Shown here: positions 8,155 through 16,761 of the stretch, piece by piece | Position numbering within the stretch: position 1 is the stretch's first letter | Layout of the letters: each line of letters begins with the position of its first letter | NCBI GenBank assembly: GCA_026396425.1 | Contig: JAPLWU010000068.1 | Span: 1 to 29,735 of the forward strand | Origin: Candidatus Micrarchaeota archaeon | GTDB lineage: Archaea > Micrarchaeota > Micrarchaeia > Burarchaeales > JAKAKT01 | Direction: 5' to 3' | Length of the DNA: 29,735 nt | Notes under the pieces: model-generated | Database searches by the model: none | The model's input: the letters and a program-made list of their open reading frames with translations, nothing else | What the model was told of the DNA's origin: nothing | Program-made: the position numbers and the translations under genes

Positions 8155-8982
8155 TTGGTGGTCGTAGTCCCGATGGTCCTGCTGTTCGGTTCCCTTTTCC
8201 TGATGCTTTCCTCGCCCGGCCTCGGCCTCGCCTCTTTTGTTTTTTTGATTCTCGCGATATTCCTGCTAATGCTCGTCCTCTCGTATTTCTCCCTCGGCAT
8301 ATACCCCGTCGCCCTCAGGCGCAGGGGCCTTAAGACGATTCCCTGGGGAGTCGGCGCTTTCGCCCGCATTATAGTCGGGGGGATAGCGGTTTTCCTGGCC
8401 GCGATTTTCGGCCTCATGGACAGGAAATTGTTCGCGGCCTCTGTCCTGCTCCTCGCGGGCCTGCTGCTCACGGTTGCCGCAATGTACTTCGGCTTCGCCG
8501 GTTCCGCAGGGGCCGGGGGAAAGCTCGTTTACGGCCTCGCTGGCATCGCGTTCATAGCCCTTCTTGCGGTTATTTACGCAGTACTGGTCGCGTACAGCTC
8601 AGTCAGACTCGTGCTGTGGCCCTACCGGTTCGTTTCCAGGGGCGAGCCAATAATCGAAGGGATAAAAAACACGTGGAAGATGACCGAGGGGAAGGCCGCG
8701 AGGATATTCGTCGCCAATTTTGGGATAATGCTCGCCATCGCCTTCGCTTCTTTCGTCCTCATGATACCCATATTCATCCTGCGGGTTGTCGAAACAATCG
8801 CGCTGGCCCTCGTCCTGGGTTTCCCGTTTCCGGTCGTTTCGATGATACTGCAGCTCGCGGTCAGCACGCTGATGACTTTCCCGATGATTTACGCGCTTTC
8901 CGCGCTCTATTCGAGAATAAGCGCCGATAAGGCCATGATAAGCACTGAGAAGGCTCTCAGGATAAGCACTGAAAAGGCCTAG
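8155..8982 (+). CDS. Polytopic membrane protein of unknown function
   Basis: About 6 hydrophobic segments and an amphipathic 'IIEGIKNTWKMTEGK' segment typical of uncharacterised multi-pass proteins. Start uncertain (TTG 8155, GTG 8158 or ATG 8173). Confidence 0.75.
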   Translation: MVVVVPMVLLFGSLFLMLSSPGLGLASFVFLILAIFLLMLVLSYFSLGIYPVALRRRGLKTIPWGVGAFARIIVGGIAVFLAAIFGLMDRKLFAASVLLLAGLLLTVAAMYFGFAGSAGAGGKLVYGLAGIAFIALLAVIYAVLVAYSSVRLVLWPYRFVSRGEPIIEGIKNTWKMTEGKAARIFVANFGIMLAIAFASFVLMIPIFILRVVETIALALVLGFPFPVVSMILQLAVSTLMTFPMIYALSALYSRISADKAMISTEKALRISTEKA

Positions 8983-9782
8983 GCCCCGCGGCCAATCTCG
9001 TCGTCAGTGGGGCCTGCGAATATCCGCAGTCCCGTCTTCCCGCCCTCCTCGTACTCCTCGACAAAAAGCTCCGAGTCGGTGCTGAGCTGGATGCGGGCGC
9101 CTATTATGGCTTTCAGCTCTTCCTGCCCCAGCCCGCTTATGAAAATCTCGTCGCCGGGCTTCATTGTCCGGACTGCCGAGGACAATATCAGCTTTATCTC
9201 CTCGCCCACCCGGCTCTTTTCAATAGTGTCCTCGCGCAGGAGCCCGAACCAGCTGTAGAGGCCCACCTTGATTCCTCCGCACTCCTCGGTCAATCTTATC
9301 TCCCTCAGCCCGCCCGCCATGTCCGGCCCGGGCTTCCCGGGTTTTTTCACGGCCTTCTTCTCAGGCCCGGTTGCCGCCTCCTTCGGAACGCTCTCGCCCG
9401 CCCTCGGCATGGCGTGCGAAACGGAAACATATCCCTTCTCCATCCCGACGGATTTTGTTTTCGCCTTTCCCTGCGGTTTCGCAATTTTTTTCTTTTTTCC
9501 GGGTTTTGCGGCCAACCTCTTCTTTTCGACTTTCGCGGCCGCTTTCGCGAGCTTCTGGATTTTTGTTTTTTGCTTCGCGAGCTTCGACTGAACTGATTTC
9601 TTCTTTTCGATTTTCGCGAGCGGTTTCGAGTTTTTTGTTTTTTGCTTCGCGGGTTTTGCTTTCGGCTTTGCCTCCCTTTCATTTTTCTTTTTTTCAAATT
9701 TGGCTTTTTTCGCCTTTGGCTTAGCTCCCGCTGGCAGCTTGCTTTTCGTTTTCCCTTTCATCTTGGCCGCCTTCTTCGCCAT
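8979..9782 (-). CDS. Protein with Lys/Ala/Pro-rich (histone H1-like) N-terminus and acidic globular C-terminal domain
   Basis: 40 of the first 100 residues are Lys (counted). C-terminal ~110 aa is globular and Glu-rich. Confidence 0.75.
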   Translation of the reverse strand: MAKKAAKMKGKTKSKLPAGAKPKAKKAKFEKKKNEREAKPKAKPAKQKTKNSKPLAKIEKKKSVQSKLAKQKTKIQKLAKAAAKVEKKRLAAKPGKKKKIAKPQGKAKTKSVGMEKGYVSVSHAMPRAGESVPKEAATGPEKKAVKKPGKPGPDMAGGLREIRLTEECGGIKVGLYSWFGLLREDTIEKSRVGEEIKLILSSAVRTMKPGDEIFISGLGQEELKAIIGARIQLSTDSELFVEEYEEGGKTGLRIFAGPTDDEIGRGA

Positions 9783-9893
9783 ATGGAAAGAGCTTTCGTC
9801 CCGCGCCTTATAAACCTATCCGCACTGCCCATACCGAAAAACATTATAAGCACTGATACGCCAAACCATACGCACTAATCCCTAGGTGGTTTT

Positions 9894-10787
9894 ATGGTCA
9901 AAAAAATGATTGGTACTACAAGGCTCAAGGAGGGCTTCGCCAAGATGCAGAAGGGCGGGGTCATAATGGACGTCGTGAATCCGCAGCAGGCGAAGCTGGC
10001 CGAGAAGGCCGGCGCTGTTGCAGTAATGTCGCTGCACCGCGTGCCTGCGGACATAAGGGCGGAGGGAGGAATCGCGAGAATGGCCGACCCGCTGGTTACC
10101 GGGAAGATAATGGAAGCCGTAACTATTCCGGTGATGGCAAAGTGCAGGATTGGGCATTTCGCCGAGGCGCAGGTGCTCGAGGCCCTCGGGGTGGACATGG
10201 TCGACGAGAGCGAGGTCCTGACCCCAGCCGACGAGGAAAACCACATTGACAAGAAAAAATTCACCGTCCCGTTCGTTTGCGGCGCAAGGAATTTGGGCGA
10301 GGCCCTGAGACGCATACACGAGGGCGCGGCAATGATTCGAACGAAGGGCGAGCCCGGCACGGGCAACGTCGTCGAGGCGGTCAGGCACATGAACGTGATG
10401 AATTCCGAAATAAGGGATTTGGCGCGGAACAAGCACAACAACACTTTCCTCGAAAGGAAGGCGCACGAATACCGCGTGCCGCTCCAGCTCGTGCAAAAAA
10501 CCGCGGAGATGGGCCGCCTGCCGGTCGTTAATTTCGCGGCTGGGGGGATAGCGACTCCTGCCGACGCCGCGCTCATGATGCAGCTTGGCGCCGACGGCAT
10601 TTTCGTCGGCTCAGGCATATTCAAGGCGGGCAACCCCGAGAAATTCGCCCGCGCAATCGTCGAGGCCACGCGCAACTACGACAAGCCGGAAATCCTCCTC
10701 AGGGTTTCGAAGGGGCTCGGCGAGCCCATGAAAGGCACGCTCCTGGAAAGCGACCGCGAGAAGATGCAGCTGCGCGGCACGGGCTGA
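9894..10787 (+). CDS. pdxS: Pyridoxal 5'-phosphate synthase lyase subunit
   Basis: [71 protein letters not shown]. Confidence 0.98.
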   Translation: MVKKMIGTTRLKEGFAKMQKGGVIMDVVNPQQAKLAEKAGAVAVMSLHRVPADIRAEGGIARMADPLVTGKIMEAVTIPVMAKCRIGHFAEAQVLEALGVDMVDESEVLTPADEENHIDKKKFTVPFVCGARNLGEALRRIHEGAAMIRTKGEPGTGNVVEAVRHMNVMNSEIRDLARNKHNNTFLERKAHEYRVPLQLVQKTAEMGRLPVVNFAAGGIATPADAALMMQLGADGIFVGSGIFKAGNPEKFARAIVEATRNYDKPEILLRVSKGLGEPMKGTLLESDREKMQLRGTG

Positions 10788-10791
10788 TTCT

Positions 10792-11361
10792 TTGAAAATA
10801 GGCGTTTTGGGGATGCAGGGCGCCGTGAGCGAGCACATGCACGTAGTTGAAAAACTGGGCCACTCGCCGGTATGGGTCAGAAACAAAGGCGACCTCGAAG
10901 CCATACGCGCGCTCATAATCCCGGGCGGAGAATCCACGACAATATCAAAACTGGTCGAACTCAACGACCTTTACGGGCAAATCAGGCGCATGGGCCAATC
11001 AGGATTCCCCATTTTCGGAACCTGTGCCGGCCTAATTTTGCTTGCGAAAAAAGGCGATGGGGAAGTGAAGCGGACAGGGCAGAAACTGCTCGGGCTCATG
11101 GACACGCAGATTACGAGGAACGCGTTCGGGAGGCAGAGAGAATCATTCGAAATCGAGCTGGATGTTGGAAAAATGAAAAATTTCCCGTGCGTGTTCATCC
11201 GTGCGCCCGCCATCACGAAAACTTTCGGGAAGTGCAAACCACTTGCGAAATTCGAAAAATTCGTAGTTGCCGCCGAGCAGGGCAATCTTCTAGCAACCTC
11301 CTTCCACCCGGAGCTGACCGAAGATACGCGAGTTCACGAATATTTTATAGAAAAAATTTAA
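10792..11361 (+). CDS. pdxT: PLP synthase glutaminase subunit
   Basis: IGVLGMQGAVSEH, IPGGESTT, GTCAGLILL, RNAFGRQRESF, FHPE triad. Directly follows pdxS. Confidence 0.98.
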   Translation: MKIGVLGMQGAVSEHMHVVEKLGHSPVWVRNKGDLEAIRALIIPGGESTTISKLVELNDLYGQIRRMGQSGFPIFGTCAGLILLAKKGDGEVKRTGQKLLGLMDTQITRNAFGRQRESFEIELDVGKMKNFPCVFIRAPAITKTFGKCKPLAKFEKFVVAAEQGNLLATSFHPELTEDTRVHEYFIEKI

Positions 11362-11411
11362 TTCGAGCCTGGACTTTCTCCTTTTCTCGCCTTATTTTTT
11401 ATTTATTTTTA

Positions 11412-12140
11412 TTACTTCAGAATGGAGTATTTGCTGATGTAGCTGTGCGTCTGCAGGATTATCAGGAAGGGCATGACGACGAGCGAGTTTATCACGAGCA
11501 CGGCGTAGCGCGAGTAGGGGAAGAAGCCCTTGATTAGAATGAAGAGCACGTCGAGAGCCGACAAGGCGAGTATGGCAATCGCGAGCCAGAGGACGAAGTA
11601 GTCGAACCTCCTCCTTATCTGCGTGAGGCTCGCCTCGATTGCCCGCACCGGCCTCAGGTCGTCAATCACCATCGCCGCGGGCGCGTAGAATATGCAGGTG
11701 GATATGAACAGCGCCACGAGCGGGCCCACGACTTCCTGCACCGCGTATTCGTATGCGATGAGATTGACCACGAGCAGGAGAATCTCTGCGGTGAGGAAGA
11801 GCCAGAACACGCCCAGCGTGTACCTCTCGAGCCCGCCGACCATCTCCCTGCTCACCTTGGTCATCGTCCTCCTCGACTTTATTATCATGTTGATTGCCAC
11901 TATGGCGATTGAGACGAGGAACATCGAGAGGAGGAACGAGATTATGGCGAGCGCCGCGTCGAGCTCGCTCATGGCGGGTATGCTGCCGGTCCTCAGGAAA
12001 GTGCCGCCGAGGGAAACGTAACTTGGCGCAGGCGAAAACAACGGGACGAGGAAGGCCAGCAGCGAGGGAATGGAGAAAAACAGTATCCACTTTATGTTCA
12101 GCTCGAAAGTCTGGATTGTGTGGTCTATCAGCCCTGCCAT
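11412..12140 (-). CDS. Polytopic membrane protein of unknown function
   Basis: About 6 hydrophobic segments and an 'APAAMVIDDLRPVRAIEASL' amphipathic segment. Confidence 0.8.
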   Translation of the reverse strand: MAGLIDHTIQTFELNIKWILFFSIPSLLAFLVPLFSPAPSYVSLGGTFLRTGSIPAMSELDAALAIISFLLSMFLVSIAIVAINMIIKSRRTMTKVSREMVGGLERYTLGVFWLFLTAEILLLVVNLIAYEYAVQEVVGPLVALFISTCIFYAPAAMVIDDLRPVRAIEASLTQIRRRFDYFVLWLAIAILALSALDVLFILIKGFFPYSRYAVLVINSLVVMPFLIILQTHSYISKYSILK

Positions 12141-12180
12141 CGCTAACCTATTACATTCGTTCTTTTAACACTTTCTTAGG

Positions 12181-13446
12181 CTAGACAAGGCGCTCGGCCT
12201 TGAGGTGGCTCGGCCCGGCCCCGACTATCCTGACCCAGGTCTTCTTGCCGATGTGCCCGTCCTCGACCACGACGGGCTTGTAGTTTATGTTCCTGCCAAC
12301 GGCGCCCCCGCTCGTCAGCTCTGTTATCCTGACCTCATATTCCCTGCCGACAAGCGCCCTGTTCCTCCCGAGCGCAATCCGCCTGCAGACCTCGCTCATC
12401 CTCCCGCTCCTCTCGTTCACAATCCCCCTCGCAACCCCGCCAGTCTTGGCCATAAGGGCCGCCCCGGTCCCTGGCCTCGCGGAATATTTCGAGACGTTGA
12501 CGATGTCCGGCTTCACTTTCTCAATAAGCGTGACCGTCCTCTCGAAATCCTCCTCCTTCTCGCCCGGAAATCCAACAATTACATCTGTGGCAATCGTAAT
12601 CTCCGGAATTTTCGCCCTCAGCCTGCCAACTAACCCTGCAAAATCTGCGGCCGAATGCCCCCTTTTCATCGATTTGAGAATCCCGTCGCTACCGCTCTGC
12701 ACCGGAATGTGGGCGAACTTGTAGAATTTCGGGAGTTTGAAGGCTTCGGCCAACTCCCGATCCCGTAGCGCGTGCTCGGGGTTCATCATTCCCACGCGCA
12801 CGAGGAAATCGCCGCCCACCCCGTTCACCTTTGCCATCAGTTCGCTGAGCATCGGCTTTCCGCAAAGGTCAATCCCATAGGCCGCCGAATCCTGCGCGGT
12901 CATCTGCACCTCGCCGGCCCCCCTTCCGACGGCCTCCCTCACCATCCCAACCACGTCTTCCGCCGGATAGCTGACGAGCCTGCCCCTGGCGAGCCTCGTC
13001 TGGCAGAACGAGCACGAGCCGACGCATCCCTCGGCTATCGGAACGCGCGCAACGTGGCCCTCGCCGCACCGCGGGAGCTTCGATTTTTCGTTTTTATCGT
13101 TTGTGTATTCCCTTCTCTTTCCCTCGATTGCGGATTTCACGGCGTCGTATATCTTCGAAACCGATGAAGGGTCCACCATGCAGGCATGGGGCGCGGCGGC
13201 CCTCACTAATTTCGGGTTTGCCGCGCCGAGGCAGCCCGCAACAACGAGGGGCTTGCCGATTCGCTTGATTCTGTTGACGATTCTCTTCTCCGTCGCATCC
13301 TTCACCGTGCACGTGTTGATTATTATAACGTCGGCCTCCCCCTCCTCCCGGACTTCCTCGGCCCCCTCCCCTTTCATGACCGCCCTTATCGCATCCGAAT
13401 CCGCCCTGTTGAGCGTGCAGCCGTATGTTTCGAGATAATAGCGCAT
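12181..13446 (-). CDS. tRNA methylthiotransferase, archaeal MiaB-like (MtaB/CDKAL1-type, probably ms2t6A37)
   Basis: UPF0004 domain ETYGCTLN...NTCTV...GCL, radical-SAM CVGSCSFC, HIPVQSGS, DVIVGFPGE, YSARPGT, C-terminal TRAM domain. Start at ATG 13446. Confidence 0.93.
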   Translation of the reverse strand: MRYYLETYGCTLNRADSDAIRAVMKGEGAEEVREEGEADVIIINTCTVKDATEKRIVNRIKRIGKPLVVAGCLGAANPKLVRAAAPHACMVDPSSVSKIYDAVKSAIEGKRREYTNDKNEKSKLPRCGEGHVARVPIAEGCVGSCSFCQTRLARGRLVSYPAEDVVGMVREAVGRGAGEVQMTAQDSAAYGIDLCGKPMLSELMAKVNGVGGDFLVRVGMMNPEHALRDRELAEAFKLPKFYKFAHIPVQSGSDGILKSMKRGHSAADFAGLVGRLRAKIPEITIATDVIVGFPGEKEEDFERTVTLIEKVKPDIVNVSKYSARPGTGAALMAKTGGVARGIVNERSGRMSEVCRRIALGRNRALVGREYEVRITELTSGGAVGRNINYKPVVVEDGHIGKKTWVRIVGAGPSHLKAERLV

Positions 13447-13471
13447 TTTTCCCCCCCAACTTGGCCGACGC

Positions 13472-13924
13472 TCAATCCACTTTGACAAATTCGGTTTTCA
13501 GTTGCCGCAGCGAACTCAGAGACTTCGTCTTTACAATGCCTTTTTTTGACAGGGCTTTTTTGACGAATTCGTAATACTCCTCGATGTCTTTAGTCCTGAC
13601 TTTCAGTAACATCTCCCAGTCCCCGGTGATTATGTCGATGCTCTCTATCTGCGGGAATCTGACAAGCTCGCGGCCAACCCTTTCGGGATTGCCGTATTCG
13701 TCAGGCGAGAGGCTGATGAGCACATAAGTGCAGAACCCTTCGCCTATTTTTTTGTAATCGAAAACGGCCTTGTAGGCCTTGGTTAAGCCCTCGATTTCCA
13801 TGCGTTTTATGTTGTAGTGTATCGTGGTGGACGGCTCTTGAAGCTCACGCGCAATACGCGCTATCCGCGGAGTGCAGTATCCATTCTTGAAAAGCTCTAT
13901 GAGCCTCCTGCGTATATCCTTCAT
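13472..13924 (-). CDS. Lrp/AsnC family transcriptional regulator
   Basis: N-terminal HTH (IARIARELQEPSTTIHYNIKRMEIEGL) and C-terminal RAM domain with ITGDWEMLLKV. Confidence 0.93.
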   Translation of the reverse strand: MKDIRRRLIELFKNGYCTPRIARIARELQEPSTTIHYNIKRMEIEGLTKAYKAVFDYKKIGEGFCTYVLISLSPDEYGNPERVGRELVRFPQIESIDIITGDWEMLLKVRTKDIEEYYEFVKKALSKKGIVKTKSLSSLRQLKTEFVKVD

Positions 13925-13926
13925 GA

Positions 13927-13941
13927 TTGAATATTATTCAA
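13927..13941. promoter_or_regulatory. Putative Lrp operator (perfect 15-bp palindrome TTGAAT-TAT-ATTCAA)
   Basis: 6-bp arms with a 3-nt AT spacer, 3 nt upstream of the Lrp start codon. This geometry matches archaeal Lrp-family sites. Confidence 0.6.
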
Positions 13942-14018
13942 GAAATATATAAATATTTGCATATTTTTCGTATTTTATTCAGGACATTATATATCCGCCG
14001 ACGCGCGCAATACTTCCC

Positions 14019-15914
14019 ATGCCAAGTCAAGCGATAATGCAAAAGGTACTGAGGGGGTTTCCTCCCCACATGCGGGCCGAAGGGCTGATAGACGAGCGGC
14101 GCAACTCGCCGACGTTCCTCTCGGTTCACATGCGCCCAGTATGCAACTTCCGCTGCCAGAAATGCTTCATGGGCGATATGCGGGACATACGGACCGGGAA
14201 TAGGCCCCTTGACTTCAGGGAAGTTGAAAAAATAGCAAAAAACGGCCGCGCAGCCGGCGTACGGGTGTTTGGCATCACCGGAGCCGGAGAGCCTCTTGTC
14301 GACAGACTGACTCCGGACGCGGTATCAATCGCTAGCGACATGGGGTTTATCACGCATCTGGCCACCAATGCGGCGCTCCTTGACGAACGAAAGCTGAAGT
14401 TTCTCAGGGACAAGGACGTTACTCTCGTTGTCAGCCTCGACACAACGGACCCAAAGGAGTTTGCGCGAAAATCCGGTACGGATACGCGCACTTTCAGGCG
14501 CGTTGTCCGGAACCTCCGCCTTGCGCAAGAGGTTTTCGCCGGAACAAGCGAGGTAAAGGAGGTCGATGGAAAAAGAGTCCAGGTTTTCCGCCTCGCCGTC
14601 CACTCAACCGCAAGCGGCGAAAAGACTGACGAAGTCGAGAGGATCAGGGAACTCATCGACGATAGGACAACGCTTTTCAGCACTTCTCCGATAGCAACTG
14701 TAAAATCGGCGAAGGCCAATGCCCTGGGCATCGGACAGGAGAGGACCACGACGCTGAGCGAACAGCACATTGTCGTTACGGCCCACCCGGCGACTGGCAA
14801 GCAGGTTTGCGGCTTCTTCCTGTTCGGGATCGACATTAACTTCGATGGAGAACTCCTCCTTGACGCCCATGCAATCGATTCGAGGAACCTGATTTCAAAC
14901 ATCCGGGATTTCAATTTCGATGTGGGAAGGGCGTTTTCAGAATTGTCGAAAATCAAGGACGGGTTCGTCGCGCGGTTCCTCGAGGGATTTTGCCCGGTTC
15001 GCACACCGAAATTAGATAACTGGCTTGCGAGCCAAAAGCGGGATAAACTGAACAGGGAAATCGCCGGGCACATAAAAAACGGCCAGAGCCTTGTCAAGTT
15101 TGCATACCTCGGCCAGGGCGCGGAGAGGTTCTTGAAAATAACCGAAAGCCCGCAATACCCCAGTGCGGGGGCCGAGAGGGGGATCCTAGCCGCAAACGAG
15201 CGGGATATCAGAGGTTTCATGGGCGAAAATAGGGCCGTAGTGCTCGGTGCAGGGGACAGAACAAAGCTTCAGCACGTGCTAGGGCGCAATACCTCCGCGG
15301 TCTTTGTCGATATAAGCAGGAAGATGCTTGAGGTTTCCAAGGCCGTGGTCGATTCTCCCGAGCTTATGGAAGCGGATTTCGAGCGGATAGACCCTGCCAA
15401 CTTCGGGCCGAACTGCACGTTCGTGATACTCGGGAACACGCTTGGAAACATCGACGACATGGGCGGCTTTCTTAAGCGAATCGCCACGGTGCCGAACGCG
15501 CGGGTAGTGGTCGGGATGGAACTTGTACCGGATTGCAACCCGTCGTCCATAGCCCGCGTCATGGACGAATACAACAACGAGGACGGCTTTCAGTTTGTCT
15601 TTACCCCGCTCGAACGCTTTGGCGTGAAGCGAAGCGACGGCGAGATCACCGTTCGTTTCAACCAAGAAAAAATGCGGATTGAGGAATTCTTCGAGTTCAG
15701 AAATGACGAGGCACGCGGAAAATTCGCCAAAGAGATGGGCCTGGACGCGGATAAGGTACAAAAAATACCGCTTTCAATCTCATCGAAATTGGGTGAACGG
15801 CAGTTCTTGGAATTGATGGGCGCAAGCGGTTTTGTCGTGGAGAAATCGTTCCGGCAGGGCACGAACTTCGTTTTCCTGCTAAGCGCTGATGCTGCGAGGA
15901 ACACGAAAAAATGA
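14019..15914 (+). CDS. Fusion: radical SAM domain plus EgtD-like (Methyltransf_33-type) SAM methyltransferase
   Basis: CNFRCQKC (14142-14165), GAGEPL, ATNA, VSLD. C-terminal half has KFAYLGQGAERFLKITESPQY..AE..IL, VLGAG...K, VDIS, LGNTLGN, VVGMEL, EYN, RIE, SISSK, collinear with EgtD-family motifs. Confidence 0.85.
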   Translation: MPSQAIMQKVLRGFPPHMRAEGLIDERRNSPTFLSVHMRPVCNFRCQKCFMGDMRDIRTGNRPLDFREVEKIAKNGRAAGVRVFGITGAGEPLVDRLTPDAVSIASDMGFITHLATNAALLDERKLKFLRDKDVTLVVSLDTTDPKEFARKSGTDTRTFRRVVRNLRLAQEVFAGTSEVKEVDGKRVQVFRLAVHSTASGEKTDEVERIRELIDDRTTLFSTSPIATVKSAKANALGIGQERTTTLSEQHIVVTAHPATGKQVCGFFLFGIDINFDGELLLDAHAIDSRNLISNIRDFNFDVGRAFSELSKIKDGFVARFLEGFCPVRTPKLDNWLASQKRDKLNREIAGHIKNGQSLVKFAYLGQGAERFLKITESPQYPSAGAERGILAANERDIRGFMGENRAVVLGAGDRTKLQHVLGRNTSAVFVDISRKMLEVSKAVVDSPELMEADFERIDPANFGPNCTFVILGNTLGNIDDMGGFLKRIATVPNARVVVGMELVPDCNPSSIARVMDEYNNEDGFQFVFTPLERFGVKRSDGEITVRFNQEKMRIEEFFEFRNDEARGKFAKEMGLDADKVQKIPLSISSKLGERQFLELMGASGFVVEKSFRQGTNFVFLLSADAARNTKK

Positions 15915-15925
15915 AGAGAACAATG

Positions 15926-15949
15926 CCGGTCGACTGCGGCCGGGTTTTT
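15926..15949 (+). terminator. Hairpin plus T-tract after the radical SAM-methyltransferase gene
   Basis: CCGGTCG-ACTG-CGGCCGG (7 bp with one G-T) followed by GTTTTT. Confidence 0.45.
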
Positions 15950-16062
15950 CGCATTTGCCTACTCCGCGCAGGAATGGCGCTTCCTGAAGGTCAACTACAT
16001 TTATAAAACTTGCAAGTTATAAAGGCAGTCCGTAATTTGAGTTCGTAATTTGCGGTGATTTG

Positions 16063-16242
16063 ATGATTTGCGAGAGATGCGGCAACAGCACACATTCGCT
16101 CGAGCCATGCACCTACTGCGGAAAGAACGTGTGCCGCCTGTGCGAGAATTCCTCTAAGAGAATCGACAAGATTAAGCGCTATTTCATCTGCAAGTCCTGC
16201 TGGTCGGTCAGCGAGAGCAAAAAGGCGTTCAAAAGGGTTTGA
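16063..16242 (+). CDS. Small 8-Cys zinc-finger protein (59 aa)
   Basis: Four CxxC pairs (CERC, CTYC, CRLC, CKSC). GGTGA Shine-Dalgarno at 16054-16058 and TATA-like TTTATAAA upstream. Confidence 0.8.
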   Translation: MICERCGNSTHSLEPCTYCGKNVCRLCENSSKRIDKIKRYFICKSCWSVSESKKAFKRV

Positions 16243-16272
16243 GCCCAGCCATTTGGGGGGGGGGTGGTTTGG

Positions 16273-16761
16273 ATGATTCAGAGGCAAAGAACGAAACTGC
16301 CAGCCCAAGCTCCATCGAATACAGAGAAAACCAATCCTTTTTGGAGACGTCATCTTGACGTTCACAAGATTTTGGCCACCAGTGGTCTCGTCTTTTTGGC
16401 AGCGTTTTCATATCAACTCGCAAAACACGAGATTATTGACATGCCTAATGCAAAACGTGCAGCGCCTGTTATAGCTAAAACTGAAATCGAACCAATGACA
16501 ATGCTGCCCGGCGAACGCGGAAATGCTGCAGCATGGCTAAAAGTCCGAGTTCCCGCAACCTCGGAAGCCAAAGGCCGCGAATTCAAAATCGGCGTTACGT
16601 ATTTGAGCAACATTTCATTTGTTATTCAACAAATAGAAGCAACTGGCGCCAAGGTAATAGAAGTTAAACCAGTCAAAGCCAAAGAGCTGAAGCCGGGCAA
16701 CAGCGTAATGGAGCAACCTGCGCCAGGGGGCGTCGGAAGTGGCATCATATCGCAGATATAG
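16273..16761 (+). CDS. Hypothetical single-pass membrane protein
   Basis: One hydrophobic segment ILATSGLVFLAAFSY. Codon usage is A/T-richer than neighbours. Start at ATG 16273 or GTG 16264. Confidence 0.65.
   Translation: MIQRQRTKLPAQAPSNTEKTNPFWRRHLDVHKILATSGLVFLAAFSYQLAKHEIIDMPNAKRAAPVIAKTEIEPMTMLPGERGNAAAWLKVRVPATSEAKGREFKIGVTYLSNISFVIQQIEATGAKVIEVKPVKAKELKPGNSVMEQPAPGGVGSGIISQI

Noticed and set aside
14840-15914. Calling the fusion an ergothioneine gene (egtD)
   Set aside because: The His-binding Glu motif is altered and no EgtB, EanB or other sulfur-transfer partner is in the window, so only family-level homology is supported.
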